Assembly: GCA_963934255.1 (NCBI GenBank)
Contig: CAWVXU010000002.1
Span: 1 to 64,000 of the forward strand
DNA from: an uncultured Fibrobacterales bacterium
GTDB taxonomy: Bacteria; Fibrobacterota; Fibrobacteria; Fibrobacterales; CAWVXU01
Direction: 5' to 3'
Length of the DNA: 64,000 bases
Positions 1-10,116 of the stretch are shown piece by piece (the first letter of the stretch is position 1; each line of letters begins with the position of its first letter). Below the pieces are notes generated by a model. It saw nothing but the letters and a program-made list of their open reading frames with translations. It made no database searches and was not told the origin of the DNA. The position numbers and the translations under genes are program-made.

Positions 1-63
1 AAATAGGCTACTTGCAAGTATTCCCGCAGCGAGAATCATCAATTTCATTTTGTTTATATACAT
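1..63 (-). CDS. 5' end of an exported protein running off the left edge (partial)
   Basis: Manual translation from ATG at 63 gives MYINKMKLMILAAGILASSLF..., signal-peptide-like and open to the window edge; not in ORF track. Confidence 0.55.
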   Translation of the reverse strand, partial: MYINKMKLMILAAGILASSLF

Positions 64-284
64 ACTTAAACCTTTGCGCTCATAATTATTCGCGATTGTC
101 CATAATCTATAATGTAGAAAATAAATATCAAAACTTTTGAGCCATTAACATTCGCAAAACATGATTTTTATGTTCATAAAGTGTTCATAGAACAAATTTT
201 GACCTATTTGATAAGAAAACCCCAAGCCTAGGCTTAGATTTTTTAAATTTATGTCAGATTTTACCCTATGAATGTGAGACTAGG

Positions 285-1037
285 ATGAAAGAAAATAGCT
301 TATGCCTAAAAGTCATCTACCCAATTGAGATGAGACGTGAGGTTGTTTTGCCCAAAGAAGGCCTGATTATCGGTCGGTCGGTAGAAGCTGATTTTATTTT
401 AGAAGATGAGTGGATTTCTCGCAAACATTGCAAAGTGATCCAGGACAAAAAATCAATCAAGATTATCGACTTGGATTCTACCAACGGCACTTTTATTGAC
501 GGTTCACAAATTCAAGAGGCTGAACTGACTCTCGACTCCAATTTACAATTAGGCAAAATTGTCCTCAAATTAGAGTTCGCTCAAACAACAAAGTCTCCGG
601 TTGTTAACAAACAAGCAATTCACCCACTAACTGGACTTAAGACTCTTTCTGCTGCTGAAAAAGAAATCCAGACTTTCTTAAGTGAAAGTAAGTCGTTTTC
701 AGTAATGGATGTCACTCTTAGCTTTGCCGAAGCGGCTCGTGAAGATTTTGGCGCTGATGCATCTGATTTTTTAATGTCTGAAGTAGGGCGTATTTTAAAT
801 CGTGAAGCACTCTCAGATGAGATTTTGATCCATGGCGAAGAGTTTCAATATTTCTTGTTATCCAAAGAAGCCACAGATAGTCATTGTCAAAAGTTGGCTA
901 TTGAACTCTCAAGTCTTTGTTCCAAGCAAGTCTTCCAGTTTGATTCAAGCCCTCTCCAAGGTGATGTAGATGTGAGCTGGCTTTGTGGTAATGCAGGCGA
1001 GATTAGCAATTACATTCACAAAGAAGTTATCGCTTAA
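285..1037 (+). CDS. FHA domain protein with degenerate GGDEF-like C-terminal domain
   Basis: FHA motifs IGRS, ISRKH, DLDSTNGTF; then HPLTGL and IHGEEF in place of DxLTGL and GGEEF. Confidence 0.8.
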   Translation: MKENSLCLKVIYPIEMRREVVLPKEGLIIGRSVEADFILEDEWISRKHCKVIQDKKSIKIIDLDSTNGTFIDGSQIQEAELTLDSNLQLGKIVLKLEFAQTTKSPVVNKQAIHPLTGLKTLSAAEKEIQTFLSESKSFSVMDVTLSFAEAAREDFGADASDFLMSEVGRILNREALSDEILIHGEEFQYFLLSKEATDSHCQKLAIELSSLCSKQVFQFDSSPLQGDVDVSWLCGNAGEISNYIHKEVIA

Positions 1038-1052
1038 TTAGACATTCAAAAC

Positions 1053-1922
1053 TTATTCGACGATTGAATAGTTTTCTCTCACCCATTTGCCTGGTAGTGC
1101 ATTGAAGTGCCACCATTCACTGTAAATATGATAAAACCCTGCACCCTCCATTACACTGCGAAGCTGGAGTCGATGATTGACTTGTGTTTGTGTCAGCTCT
1201 CCTTTTTTCAAAAATTCATTTTCGTATTTGGGTTGAGCTAAAGGCTTAAAGGAGTCGTAAGGTGTTCCCATGTCTAGCTCTTTACCCTTGGCATCTAGAA
1301 TACTGAGGTCAATTGCCATACCGAAATTATGGACTGAGCCTTTAGTGGGGTTGGCGACATACAGTGTCTTCTTAATGGAAACGACGTAGTCCCACATTTC
1401 TTTTTGAATCGTACGAGGACGAATTGCGTCAAAAATTACAAATTGACATTGGTTGCACTTTTGTTGTAAAATTTTTATGGCCTTCTTTAATTTTACGCCT
1501 GCGTCAATATGGAGCCAAGCTTCATTGAAGTCACCATAGAGATCTTTTTTAAGGAAATTGTCTGTGGTGGAGTATTTAAGATTGATTTGAACGCCTGGCC
1601 ATGATGAGATATTGACGTAATCTTTTGACTTTTGGAAGGGATAAAGAATTGAGCCTGAATTAATTTCTGATTGAGTTGAATCATCTGATAACTCGGAAAC
1701 TTTAGAATCTCGAGCAACCAAGTCGGCGGTGGTTTTGGCTCTGGCCGCAGCTTGTTCGTGGAGATGGGTGGGCATTTTAAAAGGAACACTTTTTTTAACC
1801 CGAGGCATGTTATCACCAAAAAGATAGATGGCACCCGCACCAAGCATGGTTGACACCACCATAATGATAAGTAGGAATCTCGTTTGTGTTTTGATGAATT
1901 TGGTTGTAGTGAAATTACCCAC
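1053..1922 (-). CDS. D-alanyl-D-alanine dipeptidase (VanX/DdpX, M15D) with N-terminal membrane anchor
   Basis: KYSTTDNF, DAIRP, SVHNFGMAID (SxHxxGxAxD), LDMGTPYD, EWWHF; hydrophobic N-terminal segment. Confidence 0.88.
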   Translation of the reverse strand: MGNFTTTKFIKTQTRFLLIIMVVSTMLGAGAIYLFGDNMPRVKKSVPFKMPTHLHEQAAARAKTTADLVARDSKVSELSDDSTQSEINSGSILYPFQKSKDYVNISSWPGVQINLKYSTTDNFLKKDLYGDFNEAWLHIDAGVKLKKAIKILQQKCNQCQFVIFDAIRPRTIQKEMWDYVVSIKKTLYVANPTKGSVHNFGMAIDLSILDAKGKELDMGTPYDSFKPLAQPKYENEFLKKGELTQTQVNHRLQLRSVMEGAGFYHIYSEWWHFNALPGKWVRENYSIVE

Positions 1923-4302
1923 CGAAATTACCTTCGAATCCTAGCTGAACAAAGAGCCCCATACCCGGAGCCCAAAATGGTTCTAATTGATTTTGATCAT
2001 TACCTGCAGAGAACTTGCGACTGGTTGCAGTCCAACCTCTTTGACGAATATTCTCACCACCGAAATATTTGGCGCCATTAAATGAGAAGCCATTGAACAC
2101 GTTATTGACTTCTGAGTAAAATCTTAAGTTTTTCAAAAATAGTGACTCACCTGCTGAACTTAAATCTAAGTGAAGTCTCACATCTGTACGATAAGTATCA
2201 AGCTCTTGACCATTTGAAATTATCGTCGTGCCAGGGCCAGCTTCTTTCAGATTATTTGCCGCTGATAATGGGTCAATCAAATAAATATAAGTAGGCTGAT
2301 CAAGGGATACTTTGTGAGTAAATATCAGACTTAGTAAAGAATCTTGACGAGGATATATACGCAAACTATTACTCATATCGATAAGGCGATTGGCTTCCCA
2401 AGTAATATCATTATCATAAACACCATAGGTTGAACTCAGATTAGAAATCCAAGCATATGACGGGCTTTGTGTCCATTCATAAACAAGGTTTGCTCCGATG
2501 ACTTGAGCGCTATTAGCCTGGTTTAAAGGAGTGTACATCCAGTAAACATCAGGAATGGGTACTTCTGGATTTAAGTATTGACGGGCATAGGCTCTGACAT
2601 TGAGCGCTTGCCCTTGATTAGACCAGTTGATTCCTAGTTGGGCATGTAAGTTTTCTTCCGCCCGTAATTTTAATGTTTTAATATCCTGGATGTGATGTTT
2701 GGGTGATGATTGAAGAGCTAGTTCACCTAGAAGTTGTGATCCAAAAGGAAGTAATTTCTTGCGCTGTGTACTGAGATTAGCACTTCCGGAAAAGACATTT
2801 GCATCTGAGCTCGACCAACCACCAATTTGTAATGTGCTTTGACCTGAGGCATCTCGCCATTTGAGGTGTGATTGTAGTTTGAGTATGTGGTCTAGAGAGC
2901 TTGGGTTTACTGTCTGATGTAGTTTGTCAGAACGCGATTCATCCCAATACTCATATTCGCCAGCTATAGTATGGCGTGCTCCTAAAAAGGGGTTATCTAA
3001 AACTTGCGAAATTCCCATGAGGTAATGTTCGTCTTCAAAATCTTGATCTGACAAAAGTAAATTATCAATATTGATATTACTAACGTCCGTACGAACAGCC
3101 GAAGTATCATAAAAAACTTTTTGGTCTTTACTTAAAACATATCCGAGATGGTAATTAAATCCATCTGCTCCAGCGCCTTCATAAGAAAAAACAGTATGGT
3201 ATTGTTCGCCTTTAAAAACAGGGATCCTATCTCGACCTAAAACTGTCGCATAACCAGGGTCTAATTGTTGTTCTATTTCATAATCATCCCAAGAATAGAG
3301 AAGCGTACTGCGTGTTGCATTTTGATCTTCATCAGTAGAGCTAAGATGAAGGTAAAAATCACCAGCCTTTAAACGCCAATCTTGACCTGACTGATCACCA
3401 CTCTGTAAATCTTCGTCTGTATCTCCCACTGAATTTACTTGTTGAGAAAAGAATTTCTCTCCAAATTTTTCTAATACAAAAGGATCAAGGTATCTGAAAC
3501 TCATAATGAAATCATCAAAGCCAATCATCGGACCACTAATCACAGCTTCACGCATAATCACACCGGCTCGAAGGCTTCCAGCAAAATGAGACGGATCTCC
3601 GGTTTTAGGAGTGTATTCAATTCGACCAGCGAGACCTGCATCTAAGCTCCCACCTTGATTATCTGAGTTGATTTGGACATCTCTAAAAACACTGGGGTTA
3701 AGAACTGAGGTGTTTCCAGGAAAGCCAATATCGACATGACGAAGATGAGGGATTTTGATGGGACCAATCGCGACACTTAAATCTTGAGTACGAGAACCAT
3801 TATAAGATATTTCTTTGGAAAATTCTTTTTGGGCTGAAACTCCTGGAATCTTCGACAAATGTTCATTGAGATCAAACTGTAAACCTTGTATGGCTTCGAG
3901 TACTTCAATTTGCACACGAGACTTAGCTAAGACTCTTTTTTCGGCGATGACTTTGGTCGTACCAAGAGACTTGATGTTAGCCTTGAATAAGACTTCAATT
4001 GCCAAGACATCCGGGATTTCGCTTAAGTTGATCATCTCTTCACTGTAACCCTCTTTTTTGAAAACTAAGTTGGCTTTGGCGCTTTCTAAATAAAGATCAA
4101 ATTTGCCACGGGAATCAGTTTCTCCAATAAGTTTGCCAGACTTGAGGAAGATCTGAACATAAGATATGGGGGCGTCATTTTCGATATTAAGAACGATACC
4201 CACCGCTGGATACTGAGCAGCAGCGTTTACTCCTGAAACCCCGATCAGGCCGTTAAAGACACTGAGAAAGAAAAGAATTTTAAAAATATAGTCTGGCATC
4301 AC
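1915..4302 (-). CDS. TonB-dependent receptor-like outer membrane protein with N-terminal carboxypeptidase-regulatory-like domain
   Basis: Signal peptide; ETDSRGKF...FKKEGY N-domain; plug-like LSKIPGV...ISYNGS; amphipathic beta-strand C-terminus (LFVQLGFEGNF). Confidence 0.65.
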   Translation of the reverse strand: MMPDYIFKILFFLSVFNGLIGVSGVNAAAQYPAVGIVLNIENDAPISYVQIFLKSGKLIGETDSRGKFDLYLESAKANLVFKKEGYSEEMINLSEIPDVLAIEVLFKANIKSLGTTKVIAEKRVLAKSRVQIEVLEAIQGLQFDLNEHLSKIPGVSAQKEFSKEISYNGSRTQDLSVAIGPIKIPHLRHVDIGFPGNTSVLNPSVFRDVQINSDNQGGSLDAGLAGRIEYTPKTGDPSHFAGSLRAGVIMREAVISGPMIGFDDFIMSFRYLDPFVLEKFGEKFFSQQVNSVGDTDEDLQSGDQSGQDWRLKAGDFYLHLSSTDEDQNATRSTLLYSWDDYEIEQQLDPGYATVLGRDRIPVFKGEQYHTVFSYEGAGADGFNYHLGYVLSKDQKVFYDTSAVRTDVSNINIDNLLLSDQDFEDEHYLMGISQVLDNPFLGARHTIAGEYEYWDESRSDKLHQTVNPSSLDHILKLQSHLKWRDASGQSTLQIGGWSSSDANVFSGSANLSTQRKKLLPFGSQLLGELALQSSPKHHIQDIKTLKLRAEENLHAQLGINWSNQGQALNVRAYARQYLNPEVPIPDVYWMYTPLNQANSAQVIGANLVYEWTQSPSYAWISNLSSTYGVYDNDITWEANRLIDMSNSLRIYPRQDSLLSLIFTHKVSLDQPTYIYLIDPLSAANNLKEAGPGTTIISNGQELDTYRTDVRLHLDLSSAGESLFLKNLRFYSEVNNVFNGFSFNGAKYFGGENIRQRGWTATSRKFSAGNDQNQLEPFWAPGMGLFVQLGFEGNFGG

Positions 4303-4397
4303 TTAATTATACAAAATTGAACGCAAAGCGATTTGGCGATAAGCCTATAATTACTAGATTTGTGAGTAATTATTGCCTTTGCTACTGAGAAGAAATC

Positions 4398-5666
4398 ATG
4401 ATTGACATTAAAAGAATCAGAGAACAGCCAGAATTCATCCAAAAAGAAGTCAAGTCCAAAGGTGTAGACATGTCTATAGAGTCTATTTTAGGGCTTGATG
4501 CTAAGAGACGTGGGATTCTACAAGAAGTTGAGGGCCTCAAAGCTCAGCGCAACGTCGCTTCGGCTTCTATAGGTCAACTCAAAAAAGCCAAAGAAGATGC
4601 AAGCTCAGCCATTGCTGCTGTGAGTGAGTTAAAAACTCAAATCGCTGACTTGGATCATGCAATAAGAGATATTGATATTGAGCTTGATGATATGCTCCTT
4701 CGATTACCAAATATTTCTCACGAATCAGTTCCTGAAGGTGTCAGCGCTGATGATAATGTCGTTGTCCGTGAGTGGGGCCAAAAAAAAGTTCATGCTTTCG
4801 ATGCCGTTGAACACAAAGCATTTGGTGAAAGCTTAAGCTTATTTGATTTTGAACGTGGCGCTAAAGTAGCAGGGTCTGGATTCCCGGCATACATCGGTCA
4901 AGGTGCCAAACTTGAACGCGCTTTAATTCAATTTTTCTTAGACACTTTAAGTGATGAATTTGGCTTTACAGAAGTCATCCCTCCTTTTGTAGTCAACAAG
5001 CAATCTTTGGTAGGCACTGGTCAGCTCCCCAAGTTTAACGATCAACAATACCACTGTGTAGAAGACGATTTGTACCTCATCCCTACCGCTGAAGTCCCAG
5101 TGACTAACCTTCACTCGAATGAAGTTCTACCAGAAGCCAAGCTTCCGATTTCCTATTGTGCTTATTCGGCGTGTTTTCGGCGTGAAGCGGGCTCTTATGG
5201 CAAAGATGTTCGAGGCTTCCTTCGTCTGCATCAGTTCAACAAAGTTGAGATGGTTCGTTTTGTGAACCCGACTGAGTCTTATGAGCATTTGGAAAAAATG
5301 GTGAGCTACGCCGAGCGCTTATTGCAAGAGCTTGGGCTTAACTACCGTGTACTTGAACTTTGTAAGGGTGATCTGAGCTTTGGTGCTGCCAAATGTTATG
5401 ATCTTGAATGTTGGTCTCCGGTTGAGGGAAAATGGCTTGAAGTCAGTTCTGTCTCTAACTTTGAAGAGTTCCAAGCACGCCGCGCAAGTATTCGCTCCAA
5501 AATTGATGGCAAAAACCAATTTGTGCACACTCTCAATGGGTCCGGACTGGCCACACCTCGTGTGATGGTGGCACTTCTTGAAACTTGGCAAAACGCTGAC
5601 GGCTCTTTCACTATCCCTCCTTGTCTTCGTCCTTACATGAAGGGCGCTGAGAAAATCGAGGCTTAA
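4398..5666 (+). CDS. serS: Serine--tRNA ligase
   Basis: MIDIKRIR start, GTGQLPKF, LIPTAEVP, FRREAGSYG, HTLNGSGLA. Confidence 0.97.
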   Translation: MIDIKRIREQPEFIQKEVKSKGVDMSIESILGLDAKRRGILQEVEGLKAQRNVASASIGQLKKAKEDASSAIAAVSELKTQIADLDHAIRDIDIELDDMLLRLPNISHESVPEGVSADDNVVVREWGQKKVHAFDAVEHKAFGESLSLFDFERGAKVAGSGFPAYIGQGAKLERALIQFFLDTLSDEFGFTEVIPPFVVNKQSLVGTGQLPKFNDQQYHCVEDDLYLIPTAEVPVTNLHSNEVLPEAKLPISYCAYSACFRREAGSYGKDVRGFLRLHQFNKVEMVRFVNPTESYEHLEKMVSYAERLLQELGLNYRVLELCKGDLSFGAAKCYDLECWSPVEGKWLEVSSVSNFEEFQARRASIRSKIDGKNQFVHTLNGSGLATPRVMVALLETWQNADGSFTIPPCLRPYMKGAEKIEA

Positions 5667-5667
5667 T

Positions 5668-6135
5668 ATGTCTGACTTAAAACCTTCATCTATTCCACTT
5701 GACTTCATTAGTTCAAGTGAAGAAGAATCTCTGGCATGGGCTGAAGAATTTTCCAAACTTATCGGACCTGGAGATTGTGTTTTTCTCTTAGGTAATCTTG
5801 GTGCAGGTAAAACTGTACTGAGTCGTGGGATATCTAAGGGCCTAGGTTACCAAGGTAGTGTACATTCGCCAACATACTCTTTAGTCCATGAATATGAAAA
5901 CGACCCTCTAATCTATCACATCGACCTTTATCGTTTGCCTGAAGGAGCTGACTTTGAAGAAATTGGACTCGACTACTACCGCTTCAACGAAGGTATATCT
6001 TTAATTGAATGGCCTGAGCGCTTAGGTCATTGGAGTCTTGATTGGACTTGGACGATTGAGCTTAACTATGTGGATGCCGATGAAAATCAACGCCATATTC
6101 GAGCGGTGAGAGTTTCTGATATTCCAGAGAAGTAA
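5668..6135 (+). CDS. tsaE: tRNA threonylcarbamoyladenosine biosynthesis ATPase
   Basis: GNLGAGKT Walker A, SPTYSLV, HIDLYRL, LIEWPE. Confidence 0.95.
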   Translation: MSDLKPSSIPLDFISSSEEESLAWAEEFSKLIGPGDCVFLLGNLGAGKTVLSRGISKGLGYQGSVHSPTYSLVHEYENDPLIYHIDLYRLPEGADFEEIGLDYYRFNEGISLIEWPERLGHWSLDWTWTIELNYVDADENQRHIRAVRVSDIPEK

Positions 6136-6170
6136 GATGCTAAAATCTCAATACGTTTAGTTTTAATCCT

Positions 6171-8576
6171 TTACTTCCAAACTCCAAACCCGACTTGAAC
6201 ACTGTAGCCTAATATGATTCCACTGCTATAGGCGTAACTCATACTCAAGTTTTGTTCTAGGTTAAATTGGTGGGAATCCCAGGGGACTCTGGCTAGTAGT
6301 CCATTGACCATAATCAGGTCTTTGGTGACGGGGAAATACATCAAATTGAGCTGTGGCCCTATGAGGAGGTTTTGATGTAAGGGGTAGACTGTGGTCCACC
6401 TGGTGAAAAATGTCAAGTTGTCTTCTTGGGCATACTCGTCCAATATCAGTCGCCCAATTCTCTGGAAATTTTTGACTAACTTAAGATTTTTATTGCCACT
6501 TGGAACACTACCATTGTTCACGATTTCTAAAAAATCATTTTCATTCACATTGGTGGGTAATATCTCATTGGTATCCACCATTAGGATAAGCTGATTGCCT
6601 ATAAAGCTCATTTCAAAATCTGACACTAAATTGGGATTTTCAAACACAGCTCTTGAATCTATCGAAGTAAATACTCCGCCAGTGGTGAGCTTCTCATGTG
6701 GCTTTCTTAGAGTAAACCCCATGTTAAGGAAAAAATATTCACCATTGAGATAAGAGTCCTGATCAAACATATTCACCCCAGCAAAGAGATAGGGATAAAT
6801 CATGTACTCTTGATTCATATTAATCACCTTAGCGATCTGGTTGGTCAATACACCCATGCGCCCCCAAGCAGTTTCATAGTAGAGGGAGTGGATTTGAGTA
6901 AAGTCATTCATATCAAATTTGTAATTATAACTCGTGAGGTTTTTGGTGGCTCCCTTCACGGACCAGGTTAAGAGCAGGGGTGTTGACTCTTGGGTAGAAT
7001 CCACAGCAATGACTTCAACTTCATAATCTCCGGGCGCCTTGTTAGATGCAAATAGCCTATCACCTATTAATTTGGTTGAACTAGTATCACTAGAATTCAA
7101 CAATTGGTAGGTCACTGGGTCATTGTCAAAATCTTTGGCAACGAGGCGATGCTTAAAGTTATTCCCCTGAGTCAAGTCATTGATATCAAGTGAAGAATAA
7201 AACACCGGACGAGAATTAGCCTCTACGGTAAATACTTTTTCAAAACGCAATGTATCCACGGATGACTTCAGACCCATTTTTAAATGGTATTTTCCGGGTT
7301 TGGTAGGATAGAGAGTCACTATAGGGCCGTCTCTGAGTAAACTATCATCAGCAGTCAGGTGAAATAGTTCATAGCCCTGTAGTTTCATTTCATCTAAGGT
7401 GCGAGTGAAATCCCAAGTATAATGATGCTTACTTACTAGAGTGTCATAGGGGATACTTGAATCAATGTTTGTAGTCTTGACTTTATCTGAACGACTAGCG
7501 AGTTGAATCAATTTGGTTTTAAGAACGACCTCCCCCAAAGGGTCTGTCACTTTTATACTCACTTTGAACTGACTATCTACTTGTGAACTCGGCGGCGTAA
7601 TGATCAGGATGTTTTCAAGTGAGTCATACTTGATATAGGGGTAATCAGAGCGATATTCAAATTTCAACAATTCGTTCGAGTGATCGGGATCAGAAAATTC
7701 TGCTAGATATCTATAGGCTTCATTTTTGTAAATGGTGTCAGCCGGAAGTTTTGAAAACTTCGGTGGTTTGTTTGGGCGTGAAAGAATATGAAAAGGGAGT
7801 TCATCGGTCTGTCCTTTGGGGTTTCTGGCTATGAGTTTTAAATCCCAACGACCTACCTCTTGAATGGTTCCCAAAAAACTATGACTGGATTTATCCCACT
7901 TCACACCTTTGGGTAAATCTCCTTTGAGCTCATAACTGATGTCATTTTCTAGGGCGTTGGCAGCTACAGCCCAAGCTTGCCAATAAATTTTAGTGTTTTG
8001 AAATTCAACTGAATCCGGTGCCAGAGAAATGATTTGGGGTTTACCCACCTCAGTCGTGACCGTTTTAATGGTTTTGAATCTGAGCTTTCTTAAGAACTTT
8101 TTATCAGCGAGTACAATCATTTTTCCATTTCTAAACTGAACGACAAACTCATCATTATTGCCGAACTTATTTGAAAAAATTGACAGGAGTTTAGACCCTA
8201 ATTTGTAAGCATTTTTCGAAGTCTTAGATTTGCTTCTGCTGGCTTGACGCTTCCAATTACTTACTGAAATCTTAGCATGAGTGGACTTGACTTCTAATAA
8301 TTTTATTTTGCCGAGTAAATTGTTGTCCCGAAGAAAACCCCAAACATTACGATCAATGAGAACGACTCGATCCTTGAACCTGATGATATCTCCTTGAGAC
8401 ACACCACGCGTCATGTTCTTGATTAAAAAAACAGGACTGCCTGTTGCATTAAACTTTTCGTTTAAGGCACTACCTTCAATTAATGTACCTAATGCGAAAA
8501 CTTCAATATTTGATTTTGAGTACGTGTTGATACTCAAAATCAATACTATAATGAGGGTAAGATATTTCTGAACCAT
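6171..8576 (-). CDS. Exported protein with putative Ig/cadherin-like domains and beta-barrel-like C-terminal region
   Basis: Signal peptide; He_PIG-like GDLPKGVKWD...FLGT..GRWDLKLIARN; cadherin-like NKPPKF..DPD and NSRPVF..DFDNDPVTY; C-terminal alternating strands ending GYSVQVGFGVWK. Confidence 0.65.
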   Translation of the reverse strand: MVQKYLTLIIVLILSINTYSKSNIEVFALGTLIEGSALNEKFNATGSPVFLIKNMTRGVSQGDIIRFKDRVVLIDRNVWGFLRDNNLLGKIKLLEVKSTHAKISVSNWKRQASRSKSKTSKNAYKLGSKLLSIFSNKFGNNDEFVVQFRNGKMIVLADKKFLRKLRFKTIKTVTTEVGKPQIISLAPDSVEFQNTKIYWQAWAVAANALENDISYELKGDLPKGVKWDKSSHSFLGTIQEVGRWDLKLIARNPKGQTDELPFHILSRPNKPPKFSKLPADTIYKNEAYRYLAEFSDPDHSNELLKFEYRSDYPYIKYDSLENILIITPPSSQVDSQFKVSIKVTDPLGEVVLKTKLIQLASRSDKVKTTNIDSSIPYDTLVSKHHYTWDFTRTLDEMKLQGYELFHLTADDSLLRDGPIVTLYPTKPGKYHLKMGLKSSVDTLRFEKVFTVEANSRPVFYSSLDINDLTQGNNFKHRLVAKDFDNDPVTYQLLNSSDTSSTKLIGDRLFASNKAPGDYEVEVIAVDSTQESTPLLLTWSVKGATKNLTSYNYKFDMNDFTQIHSLYYETAWGRMGVLTNQIAKVINMNQEYMIYPYLFAGVNMFDQDSYLNGEYFFLNMGFTLRKPHEKLTTGGVFTSIDSRAVFENPNLVSDFEMSFIGNQLILMVDTNEILPTNVNENDFLEIVNNGSVPSGNKNLKLVKNFQRIGRLILDEYAQEDNLTFFTRWTTVYPLHQNLLIGPQLNLMYFPVTKDLIMVNGLLARVPWDSHQFNLEQNLSMSYAYSSGIILGYSVQVGFGVWK

Positions 8577-9079
8577 TGTTTGTACTCGAATTCTGTTTTT
8601 TCAGTGATTTCACCAGGATAGTATTCTATTACTTTGTCCACGACTTGCCATTCAGATTCATATCCGTCCCACTTGAGATGGCCTAAATTATAAATGATTG
8701 ATTTCCCACCCGATGGTATAAATAACGACACAAATCGATCACTTTGTAAATCGTGATTGATGACCATCACAGATGAGTCTTGAGTTAAAATTTCAATCGT
8801 AGACTCACCATCTTGATGGTGTATCCTTGAGCCTTCGACAAAATGAATTCCAAAGTTTTGGGTATACCTGAGAGCCTTCGAATCTTTATCCGAAAAGCTT
8901 CTACTGACTTTCGCCCAGAAGGGGTCAAGAGGTACTTTCTTTATCTGAGGAGGTTTCTCCATTGAGACAAGAGGAACTAAAAAAACCACAAATAAAACAA
9001 AGATGACTACAAGCATTGATAAGGCGTCTTCCATTGAAATCGCTTCGCCCTTGTCGATACTTTTATTTTTGCGAGACAT
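8546..9079 (-). CDS. Single-TM protein with MotB/ExbD-type TM aspartate and unrecognised periplasmic domain
   Basis: ISMEDALSMLVVIFVLFVVFL resembles the MotB/ZorB/ExbD TM; start overlaps stop of upstream MotA-like gene (TAATG at 9079). Confidence 0.55.
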   Translation of the reverse strand: MSRKNKSIDKGEAISMEDALSMLVVIFVLFVVFLVPLVSMEKPPQIKKVPLDPFWAKVSRSFSDKDSKALRYTQNFGIHFVEGSRIHHQDGESTIEILTQDSSVMVINHDLQSDRFVSLFIPSGGKSIIYNLGHLKWDGYESEWQVVDKVIEYYPGEITEKTEFEYKQWFRNILPSL

Positions 9080-10113
9080 TACTCTGCACCTTGAGGTGGC
9101 TTTAGATGATTAGGACTGACGCTCTCATTCTTCACACTTAGGAAGCTTCGATACTGCTCTTCGTAGCTAGTTAGCTCATCAATTCTTTTTTGCATACTCG
9201 CTTGAACAGTATTTAATTGACCCATAGAATTATGACACTCTTGACTCATAAGAGAGAAGTCTGTAATCTGTTTCATTAAGTATTTTTGGGCCAGGGCTAA
9301 TTTCTTTTCAACTTCAATATGGTTTGCAAGCAGACTATTTTGGCGACCTTCTTGGGTGTGGTCTTTGATAATCAGTGGCTTGAGATTGATGAGATACCAA
9401 TTATGTAACTTAGTCAAGCTATCGTCAAACTGACTGAATTGTTTTTCTAGAATAAAGATCGAAAAAGATTCGACTAAAATAGATAATCCTGTTGCTACTA
9501 AAGTTGTCAATATCGCATACTCATCACCATCAATTGCTGAAGCAATGTCTTTAATGAATTGCATCTGACCATCTTTATCAGCGAGCCCTAGGATTGCCTT
9601 TTTCATCGGTGGGAAAGTTTGCACTAAGCCAATTAACGTACCTAAGAAACCCATTTTCAATGTCAATCGATTGAGTAGAACATGCAATCCGACAGATCGT
9701 TGTATGTGGTTATCTTGTACATCTCTTGTTGTCTCTAGAACTTGACTTGAACTTTGATAATCACCTTTTTTACCTAATTCAACCCAGTTTAATAAGAGCG
9801 TTTTCTCGGGAATGTCGGCGACAATCTTTTGGATATCATCACCTAATTCACTTAAACTTTTTAACTCTTTCTTCTGTAAAATTTTAAATAGCGCACTACT
9901 CGCTTTTAATCGTTTGGTGAAAGCCGGATATTGAAAAAAGGATATCACCTGACCCAATAAAAAAATAAGGAAAATTAAAACTAAAAAGGGGTCGTAGAAC
10001 CACTTCTCATTATAGAGATAAAAACTCACCGTTACTAAGGCGATAAGGACGATAGGGAGAAGCTTGACTACATGAAGTTGTCGTAAAGACTGAGTAATTT
10101 CTTTTTGATTCAT
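9079..10113 (-). CDS. MotA/TolQ/ExbB proton-channel family protein with C-terminal coiled-coil-like tail
   Basis: Two N-terminal TMs, then MGFLGTLIGL and AILTTLVATGLSIL channel helices; ~120-aa Q/L/E/K-rich tail. Confidence 0.8.
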   Translation of the reverse strand: MNQKEITQSLRQLHVVKLLPIVLIALVTVSFYLYNEKWFYDPFLVLIFLIFLLGQVISFFQYPAFTKRLKASSALFKILQKKELKSLSELGDDIQKIVADIPEKTLLLNWVELGKKGDYQSSSQVLETTRDVQDNHIQRSVGLHVLLNRLTLKMGFLGTLIGLVQTFPPMKKAILGLADKDGQMQFIKDIASAIDGDEYAILTTLVATGLSILVESFSIFILEKQFSQFDDSLTKLHNWYLINLKPLIIKDHTQEGRQNSLLANHIEVEKKLALAQKYLMKQITDFSLMSQECHNSMGQLNTVQASMQKRIDELTSYEEQYRSFLSVKNESVSPNHLKPPQGAE

Positions 10114-10116
10114 AGC

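Noticed and set aside
5319..5756. 145-aa antisense ORF, representative of the many short nested or antisense ORFs in the track
   Set aside because: Lies opposite serS/tsaE with no motif; shadow ORF.
8546..10113. Calling the motor pair Zorya (zorAB) or flagellar motAB
   Set aside because: No recognisable OmpA-like domain in the small subunit, tail much shorter than ZorA, and no zorC/D/E or flagellar genes adjacent.
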